NCBI GenBank assembly: GCA_029338875.1 | Contig: JAQYBF010000051.1 | Coordinates: 15,292-79,291 of the forward strand | Source of the DNA: Lachnospiraceae bacterium | Lineage (GTDB): Bacteria > Bacillota > Clostridia > Lachnospirales > Lachnospiraceae | Length of the DNA: 64,000 nt | Reading direction: 5' to 3' | Shown: one piece after another, positions 57,255 through 64,000 of the stretch | Layout of the letters: each line of letters opens with the position of its first letter | How positions within the stretch are numbered: the stretch's first letter is position 1 | The notes under the pieces: model-generated | What the model saw: only the letters and a program-made list of their open reading frames with translations | The model's database searches: none | What the model was told of the DNA's origin: nothing | Position numbers and translations under genes: made by a program

Positions 57255-58799
57255 ATGAGTGAAGATAGTTTCAGTAGAGAAGACGGCCGCGTGACGTTAA
57301 GGGGAAATTTCCTGAAAGCGAAGCGTATGCGTCTTCTTTTTATTTTGATTCTGATTATCATTGCAGGAATCATTATTTTCTTTCTGATGGATCGCGTAAA
57401 AAGGTCCTATGAGATTGAGGCAGGGAAGAACTTCTCTGTTTCAATGGTTATGAAAAGAAACTACAAAGGCAGGCTGACGGATCAGGGTGAGAAGGTCAAA
57501 ACAGACACACCCGGAACCTACCGGATCATTGTTCGGTCCGGCATCTCGAATTATCCATGTGAAGTTACAGTTAAGGATACGGTAAAGCCTCAGGGACAGC
57601 CGGTTCAAATATCGACCACGCCAGGTAAAGCTGTAAAGGCTGACAAATTTGTAACAGACATAAAGGATGCAACCAAGGTAAAGGTATCCTTTAAGACAAA
57701 GCCTGATTTCAAAACCATACAGACATCCAAGGTAACGGTGGTCCTTACAGATCTTGGCAATAACAAGACGGAAGTTACCAGCAGTCTGAATGTTGTCGGA
57801 GTTAAGGATTCTATTACGGTTGAGGCTGGCAGCAGCCTGCCGGAAGCTTCTTCCTTTGCCCTCGAAAACATGGATCCTTCTTCCGTCTCCTATGCTTCGA
57901 ATGATGAAATCACCACTTATATAAATGATAACCAGATCAAGGATGCCTATCAGGATCCGGATCTGGGCCATGTCGGTAAATATCGTGTCTATCTGAAAGT
58001 GGGAGATCTGATTTGTCCCTCTCAGATCGATGTGACGGATACCACGGCACCGGTGATTACGGCAAAGGACTTTACGGTAGAGCCCGGAAGTACCATCTCT
58101 TACAAAGACAAGGTATCAATCACAGATAATGCCGGCAATGACAATATCAAGCTTGAGGTTGATCATTCCAAAGTAGATGCCAATACCGAAGGAACTTATC
58201 CGATTGTCTATACGGCAACGGATGCTTCGGGTAATTCCGCATCGAAAACCATTAATGTACAGGTGAAAAAGAATGTCCCGGTAACAACTGCCTCTTCCTC
58301 TGGCACTTCAAGTTCTGCTTCAACAGTTACTTCTGATGGAGGAGCAACTGAGGCTACGGTCAGTCAGATGGCTTCTACTGTTATTGCTCAGATTACGACA
58401 CCAGGCATGAGTCAGAGGGATAAGCTGACAGCAATCTATAACTGGGTGCGGGGTCACGTTACCTATATCGGACATTCCGACAAGTCCAGTGATGTCCAGG
58501 GTGCCTATGAGGGACTGAAGAACCGAAAAGGCGACTGCTTTGTCTATGCCAAGACCGCAAAGGCCCTTCTCAATGCTGCCGGCATTCAGAACAGGGATAT
58601 CGAAAAGATTCCCTCCAAGACCCGGCATTACTGGAATCTGGTTAATATCGGCGAGGGCTGGTATCACTTTGATACAACGCCCAGAAAAGGCTCCGGCGAT
58701 AATTTCAATTATGTCAATGATGCCACTTTGATGGCATATTCCAAGGCTCACAATAATTCGCATAATTATGACCGGTCAGTTTACACAGATATTCAGTAA
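57255..58799 (+). CDS. Membrane-anchored Ig-like-repeat protein with a C-terminal transglutaminase-like domain
   Basis: TM helix; repeats ending VKDTVKP and VTDTTAP; GTYPIVYTATDASGN; Ser/Thr linker; triad GDCFVY, HYWN, HFD. Confidence 0.85.
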   Translation: MSEDSFSREDGRVTLRGNFLKAKRMRLLFILILIIIAGIIIFFLMDRVKRSYEIEAGKNFSVSMVMKRNYKGRLTDQGEKVKTDTPGTYRIIVRSGISNYPCEVTVKDTVKPQGQPVQISTTPGKAVKADKFVTDIKDATKVKVSFKTKPDFKTIQTSKVTVVLTDLGNNKTEVTSSLNVVGVKDSITVEAGSSLPEASSFALENMDPSSVSYASNDEITTYINDNQIKDAYQDPDLGHVGKYRVYLKVGDLICPSQIDVTDTTAPVITAKDFTVEPGSTISYKDKVSITDNAGNDNIKLEVDHSKVDANTEGTYPIVYTATDASGNSASKTINVQVKKNVPVTTASSSGTSSSASTVTSDGGATEATVSQMASTVIAQITTPGMSQRDKLTAIYNWVRGHVTYIGHSDKSSDVQGAYEGLKNRKGDCFVYAKTAKALLNAAGIQNRDIEKIPSKTRHYWNLVNIGEGWYHFDTTPRKGSGDNFNYVNDATLMAYSKAHNNSHNYDRSVYTDIQ

Positions 58800-58801
58800 G
58801 A

Positions 58802-59545
58802 ATGATGGAAGAGAAGAAGAGAAAGATAGGAATCATCGGCGGCGTCGGTCCTATGGCCACGGTGGTTTTTATGAAGAAAATTATTGAAATGACCGATGCC
58901 GTCCGTGATCAGGACCATATAGAAATTCTTGTAGATCACTGTCCCTCCATACCGGATCGGACAGCCTATATTCTGGATCACACCAAGCCGAATCCGGTTG
59001 GGAAAATCCTGGAATGTGCCAACCGACTGGCGGATGGCGGCGCTTACGAAATCGCTATTCCCTGTGTAACGGCACATTTCTTTCATCAGGAGATTCAGGA
59101 AAAATCCAGACGCGAGGTACTGAATGGCGTCCGTGACACAATGGACTACCTGAAGGAAAGGGGTTATTCGAAAATCGGTGTTATGGCTACCGATGGTACG
59201 GTAAGAAGCAATCTCTTTGTCCAGAACGAATCCGATGGAATGGAAATCATCTATCCGTCAGCCGAGAGACAGAAGGATGTCATGCACCTTATCTATGATG
59301 ATGTGAAGTCCGGTAGGGAGCCGGAGATGGGACTTTTCTATCGGGTGACGGATGAATTGAACGATAAAGGAGCCGAGGTGATCGTGCTTGGCTGCACGGA
59401 ATTATCCGTGATTGCGGATCACAGGCATCCGCAGGGACTCTATCTGGATGTGCTGGATGTACTGGCCCGCCGCCTGGTTATGGACTGCGGGCGTCTGAAG
59501 AGCCAGTATCGTGAACTGCTTCCTCTGAAAGGAGAGAAACTTTGA
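58802..59545 (+). CDS. Aspartate racemase (Asp/Glu racemase family)
   Basis: IGIIGGVGPMAT, IPDRT, IPCVTAH and LGCTEL (both catalytic Cys), ATDGT and YDDVKSG. Confidence 0.9.
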   Translation: MMEEKKRKIGIIGGVGPMATVVFMKKIIEMTDAVRDQDHIEILVDHCPSIPDRTAYILDHTKPNPVGKILECANRLADGGAYEIAIPCVTAHFFHQEIQEKSRREVLNGVRDTMDYLKERGYSKIGVMATDGTVRSNLFVQNESDGMEIIYPSAERQKDVMHLIYDDVKSGREPEMGLFYRVTDELNDKGAEVIVLGCTELSVIADHRHPQGLYLDVLDVLARRLVMDCGRLKSQYRELLPLKGEKL

Positions 59546-61041
59546 TTGACAATATTCTTGATTATCTGAAACCGACTGCCAAAAGGCTTCCGGACAAGGT
59601 GGCTTTTGCGGATGAAAAGACAGAATTAACCTTTCTAGAGCTGGATCAGATCACCGATTCCATCGCGACCTGCCTGCATCAGAAGGGTTATTACAAGGAA
59701 CCTATTCTGATTTATATGAAAAAGAGCCCGGAGGAGATCGCTTCTTTCTATGGAGTCATCCGTTCCGGCTGTTTTTATGTTCCGATTGATGATGAGATGC
59801 CGCTGGCTAGAATCCGTCTGATCATCGAAAACTGTCATCCCCGTGCCTGCATTGTTGGAAGAGACATGCTTTCGAATGAAAAGGAGCTTGGATTTGATGG
59901 GGAAGTGATTGTTTATGAAGACATCATGAATACGCCACATGATGAAGATGCTCTGGATTTGATCCATGAACGAGCCATTGATACAGATCCGATTTATATC
60001 GTTTTTACCTCAGGATCTACAGGCGTGCCAAAGGGTGTTTGCGCCTGCCATCGTTCAGTCATCGATTATGTCAACCAGCTGTCAGACAGCCTTCATTTTG
60101 ACCAGGATACGGTCTTCGGGAATCAGACCCCGCTTTATTTCGATGCCTGCCTGAAAGAGGTCTATCCGACCATCATGTTCGGAGCTACTACCTATCTGAT
60201 TCCTCATGAATATTTTTCCTTTCCGGTCAAGCTTGTGACTTATCTCAACGAGAAGAAGATCAATACCATCTGCTGGGTGGTTTCAGCCCTGACAATGATC
60301 TCGGCATTCAATACCTTTAATGATATTGTCCCTCAGTATCTCAGGACAGTCGCTTTCGGCAGTGAGGTCTTCCCAATTAAACAGTATCGGAAATGGCGGA
60401 AGGCTCTGCCCAATACTGAGTTCTATAATCTTTATGGTCCGACAGAGGGTACAGGTATGAGTTGTATCTACCACTGCCCGGAAACATTTGAGGACGATGA
60501 GGTCATTCCGATCGGAAAGCCTTTCCATAATACCGAGGTTATCCTTCTGAAGGAAGACAATACCAGGGCAGCACAGGGCGAGGAAGGCGAGATTTGTCTT
60601 CGCGGTACCTGTGTGACTCTTGGCTACTACAATAATCCGGAGAAAACCAGCGAGAGCTATACACAGAATCCGCTCAATACGGCTTATCCGGAGCTGATCT
60701 ACCGGACAGGAGATCTTGCCATTGAGAGAGAGGATGGAAATCTGGTCTTTGTTTCCCGAAAGGATTATCAGATCAAGCATATGGGACACCGAATCGAGCT
60801 TGGAGAGATTGAAGCCGATGTCAGTGCCATCGACGGAGTGAAGATCTGTGCCTGTGTCTATGACCGGGTAAAGAGCAAGATCAAACTCTTCTATGTCGGT
60901 GACATGGAGCCGGGTGAATTGATTGAAGAGATGAAGAAATCTCTGCCGCGCTACATGCTCCCCAACCGAACTAAGAAGCTGGAAGAGATGCCTTTTACAG
61001 CAAACGGCAAAATTGATCGGAAGACACTTCAGACCATGTAA
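59542..61041 (+). CDS. Stand-alone amino-acid adenylation enzyme (DltA-like)
   Basis: Motifs YIVFTSGSTGVPKG, FD, NLYGPTE, YRTGDL, RKDYQIKHMGHRIELGEIE, LPRYM and NGKIDR. Confidence 0.92.
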   Translation: MIDNILDYLKPTAKRLPDKVAFADEKTELTFLELDQITDSIATCLHQKGYYKEPILIYMKKSPEEIASFYGVIRSGCFYVPIDDEMPLARIRLIIENCHPRACIVGRDMLSNEKELGFDGEVIVYEDIMNTPHDEDALDLIHERAIDTDPIYIVFTSGSTGVPKGVCACHRSVIDYVNQLSDSLHFDQDTVFGNQTPLYFDACLKEVYPTIMFGATTYLIPHEYFSFPVKLVTYLNEKKINTICWVVSALTMISAFNTFNDIVPQYLRTVAFGSEVFPIKQYRKWRKALPNTEFYNLYGPTEGTGMSCIYHCPETFEDDEVIPIGKPFHNTEVILLKEDNTRAAQGEEGEICLRGTCVTLGYYNNPEKTSESYTQNPLNTAYPELIYRTGDLAIEREDGNLVFVSRKDYQIKHMGHRIELGEIEADVSAIDGVKICACVYDRVKSKIKLFYVGDMEPGELIEEMKKSLPRYMLPNRTKKLEEMPFTANGKIDRKTLQTM

Positions 61042-61159
61042 GCAGCTGGTAAAAAGAAGTATGAATGTCAAATCATATTAAAACGAATAATAAACCAAAT
61101 CTGATAAAAAACCGAAAATTAGGTCAAGTAAAGTGGTAAGTAGTTAAGGAGATTACAAA

Positions 61160-61405
61160 ATGGAAGAGAACAAAGAAGCCCTGCTGGACATCTTAAAGGA
61201 GCTGCATCCGGATGTGGATTTTGAAAGCGAGACCAATCTGATCGGGGACAAGGTACTGGATTCCTTTGACATTGTTTCCCTGGTTACAGAAATCGGAGAT
61301 GAGTTCGATGTAGAGATTGGCGCTTCCGATCTTCTGCCGGAAAATTTCAACACGGTGGATGCCATGCTGAAGCTGATTGAAAAGAAGCAGAATGATGAGG
61401 ACTAA
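61160..61405 (+). CDS. Acyl/aminoacyl carrier protein (DltC-like)
   Basis: 81 aa and acidic; VLDSFDIVSLV phosphopantetheine site; ENFNTV. Confidence 0.92.
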   Translation: MEENKEALLDILKELHPDVDFESETNLIGDKVLDSFDIVSLVTEIGDEFDVEIGASDLLPENFNTVDAMLKLIEKKQNDED

Positions 61406-61407
61406 AG

Positions 61408-63000
61408 ATGCTTTTTACATCCTATGAATTTCTGCTCTTTCTTCTCATTGTCTTTGTTATCTATTATCTGATACCGTCAAAGTGGCAGTGGGCCTTTCTT
61501 CTTGTGGCCAGCTATGTTTTTTATGCCATTGCTTCCCCGCTGTATCTGATCTTTATTTCAGTGACAGGTGTCACGGTCTATCTGGCAGCTGTCCTGATGG
61601 AGGATAAGAGCAATAAAAATGCTCAGTATTTTAAGTCTGTCAAAGCGAGTCTGACCCGGGAGGAACGAAAGGCCTTAAAAAGCAGACAGAAGCGTAAGGT
61701 ACGGAATATTTTCCTGGCCTCACTTCTTCTGAATCTTGGAATCCTCGCGGTCTTAAAGTATGCGAACTTCACGATTGTGAACATCAATGCCATGCTTCGT
61801 ACCTTTGGAAGCAATGCGCGTCTGGGCCGGGTGGATCTGATCCTTCCCATGGGTATTTCTTTTTATACCTTCCAGGCGGTCAGCTATCTCATTGATGTCT
61901 ATAACGGCCGGGTCAAGGCACAGCGGAATCCCTTCCGCCTTATGCTTTTCGTGTCTTTCTTCCCTCAGCTGGTCCAAGGACCGATCAGCCGCTATGGCGA
62001 CCTGTCGCAGACCCTTTATGGTCCTCATAAGGCAGATAAGAAGAATATTACTTTCGGTCTTCAGCGGATCCTTTGGGGATTTTTTAAGAAGCTAGTCATT
62101 GCAGACCGGATTCTGCCCGGAGTGAAAGCAATCATTGCTCATCCCGGCAAGTATGACGGAGAATTTGCTTTTATCGGCATGCTTTTCTATGCACTGGAAC
62201 TCTATGCAGATTTTACCGGAGGCATCGATATTACCATCGGTACGGCAGAGGTCCTTGGCATCCGTGTTCAGGAAAACTTCATCCGGCCCTATTTTTCCAA
62301 AAGTATCAAGGAATACTGGAAGAGATGGCACATCAGTATGGGAAACTGGTTTACGGACTATGTCTTCTATCCGCTTTCTGTAAGCCATGCCCTTCAGAAG
62401 CTCGGCCGCTGGTCGAGAAAGCATTTGGGTAATGCGGTTGGCAAGCGGGTTCCCGTCTACCTGGCATCCTTCCTGGTATGGCTGGCAACCGGTATCTGGC
62501 ATGGCGCCGCATGGAATTTTGTGGCATGGGGCCTTGGAAACTTTGTCATTATCATGATTTCCCAGGAACTGGAACCTCTCTATCTCAAATTCCATGAGAG
62601 CACGCATGTAGAAGGGAAGAGCTGGTGGAAAGCCATCCAGATTCTTCGGACCTTCCTTATCATGAGCTGTCTTCGAATGTTTGACTGCTATCGGGATGTT
62701 CCCCTGACCTTCAAGATGTTCGGATCGATGTTTACCGATTTCCATATTACAGATCTTAATGCATCGAACTTCCTGTCTCTTGGACTGGGCGGATTTGACT
62801 ATCTGGTTCTTGCGATTGCTGTGATTCTTCTGTTCTCGGTAAGCATGATTCAGAGAAGCGGTTCTGTTCGGGAGAAGATTGCCGCAAGACCTTATCCCGT
62901 CCAGTGCCTGATCTGGGCAGGACTTTTCCTGGCAGTAATTCTGCTCGGCGCCTACAGCGTCGGATATGATGCAAGCCAGTTCATTTACAATCAGTTCTGA
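61408..63000 (+). CDS. MBOAT-family O-acyltransferase (AlgI/DltB-like)
   Basis: Motifs MLFTS, LPMGISFYTFQ, FFPQLVQGPI, YADF, ENF.RPY, W.RWHIS, GIWHG (catalytic His) and C-terminal FIYNQF. Confidence 0.95.
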   Translation: MLFTSYEFLLFLLIVFVIYYLIPSKWQWAFLLVASYVFYAIASPLYLIFISVTGVTVYLAAVLMEDKSNKNAQYFKSVKASLTREERKALKSRQKRKVRNIFLASLLLNLGILAVLKYANFTIVNINAMLRTFGSNARLGRVDLILPMGISFYTFQAVSYLIDVYNGRVKAQRNPFRLMLFVSFFPQLVQGPISRYGDLSQTLYGPHKADKKNITFGLQRILWGFFKKLVIADRILPGVKAIIAHPGKYDGEFAFIGMLFYALELYADFTGGIDITIGTAEVLGIRVQENFIRPYFSKSIKEYWKRWHISMGNWFTDYVFYPLSVSHALQKLGRWSRKHLGNAVGKRVPVYLASFLVWLATGIWHGAAWNFVAWGLGNFVIIMISQELEPLYLKFHESTHVEGKSWWKAIQILRTFLIMSCLRMFDCYRDVPLTFKMFGSMFTDFHITDLNASNFLSLGLGGFDYLVLAIAVILLFSVSMIQRSGSVREKIAARPYPVQCLIWAGLFLAVILLGAYSVGYDASQFIYNQF

Positions 63001-63017
63001 TGCGGAGGAAGAGAGCA

Positions 63018-64000
63018 GTGAATAAGAAATCCAAACAGAAAAAAGGAAAGGTCATCTTCACCGCATGCTTCCTCATCTGCCTGCTTTTGGTTCTCTGGTG
63101 CCTGCAGCGGCTGGTGGAGCCCAAGTATATGGGCTCTGTCGTCGAAGGTGCGATGATTCCGGAGTATTACAGTGCAGAGAAGAACAATGAGGTTGTATTT
63201 ATCGGTGACTGTGAACTCTATGAAAATATTTCTACAGTAGAGCTGTGGAAGAAATATGGTATCTCAAGCTATACCAGGGGCAGTGCCCAGCAGCTGATCT
63301 GGCAGTCTTATTATCTGGCAGAGGAGACTCTGAAATACGAGCATCCCAAGGCTATAGTCTTCAATGTTCTGTCCATGAAATACAGTAAGCCCCAGAGGGA
63401 GGCCTATAACCGCATGACGCTGGATGGCATGCGCTGGTCTCCGTCCAAGGTGAAATCGATTCTGGCTTCCGAGACGGACGGAGAGCATCTGATTGAATAT
63501 GTCTTTCCTCTTCTCCGTTACCATTCCAGGATCAGCAGTCTTACATCGGATGATTTCAAATATTTTAGTCATCGTAAAAAAGTCACATTCAACGGCTACT
63601 ACATGCGGGTGGATACAAGAGCTGCCAAAAATGTACCGAAGGGCATTCCCTTAACGGATTATTCCTTTGGCAAGTCGGACTGGAAGTATCTCGACAAGCT
63701 GAGAACCCTGTGTGAGAAAAACGGAACAGAGCTGATTCTTGTCAAGGCGCCGACGCTTTATCCGGCCTGGTATGACGAATGGGACGAGCAGATTCAGAAT
63801 TATGCAGATAAATATGGTCTGTCCTATTACAACTTCCTGAAGGATCAGGATGAGATCGGACTGGATTACTCGACCGATACCTACGACCGAGGTCTGCATT
63901 TGAACCTGAGCGGTGCTGAGAAAATGGCGGATTATTTCGGCAATATCCTCCAGACAGATCATGGCTGTGTCTCTCAGAAAGGAGACAAGAAGCTGGATCG
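63018..64000 (+). CDS. Membrane-anchored SGNH-like (DltD/AlgJ-analogous) protein, 3' truncated
   Basis: Absent from the ORF track. GTG start after GGAGG; my translation is open to the window end with a TM helix, VVFIGDCE, RGSAQQ and YDRGLHLN. Confidence 0.8.
   Translation, partial: MNKKSKQKKGKVIFTACFLICLLLVLWCLQRLVEPKYMGSVVEGAMIPEYYSAEKNNEVVFIGDCELYENISTVELWKKYGISSYTRGSAQQLIWQSYYLAEETLKYEHPKAIVFNVLSMKYSKPQREAYNRMTLDGMRWSPSKVKSILASETDGEHLIEYVFPLLRYHSRISSLTSDDFKYFSHRKKVTFNGYYMRVDTRAAKNVPKGIPLTDYSFGKSDWKYLDKLRTLCEKNGTELILVKAPTLYPAWYDEWDEQIQNYADKYGLSYYNFLKDQDEIGLDYSTDTYDRGLHLNLSGAEKMADYFGNILQTDHGCVSQKGDKKLD

Noticed and set aside
59542-63000. Calling these genes canonical dltA/dltC/dltB, or an NRPS secondary-metabolite cluster
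   Set aside because: Pocket residues differ from DltA, the MBOAT is the long AlgI type with a fused motif, and a racemase is coupled. No condensation or thioesterase domains appear in the window.

Overview
Chromosomal window from a Firmicute with moderate GC (about 50% by eye). Gene content and order fit Lachnospiraceae; this is inferred, not searched. Positions 1-54.8 kb are mostly housekeeping: rsgA-rpe-thiN, tig-clpP-clpX-engB, a Zn/Mn ABC transporter, pyrF-pyrK-pyrD-pyrE, purE-purM-purN-purD, nrdD-nrdG, trmO, pta, recJ, nadE, an L,D-transpeptidase, the treR-treP-treC trehalose locus and a LysR/cysK/Rrf2/metY sulfur cluster. Positions 54.9-64 kb look accessory: an AlbA_2/Schlafen-HATPase-HTH gene, a candidate multi-stem ncRNA, an XRE regulator and a probable operon. 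That operon encodes an Ig-repeat transglutaminase-like protein, an aspartate-type racemase, a DltA-like adenylation enzyme, a carrier protein, an MBOAT ending in an FIYNQF acyl-shuttle motif, and an SGNH-like protein with Cys at the usual Ser position (truncated at the window end). It is the best candidate for an undescribed system: a Dlt-like relay that appears retooled to export a D-acidic amino acid (probably D-Asp) onto a cell-envelope acceptor. No rRNA, tRNA, CRISPR array or transposase was seen. All calls come from reading motifs by eye; no database searches were run.
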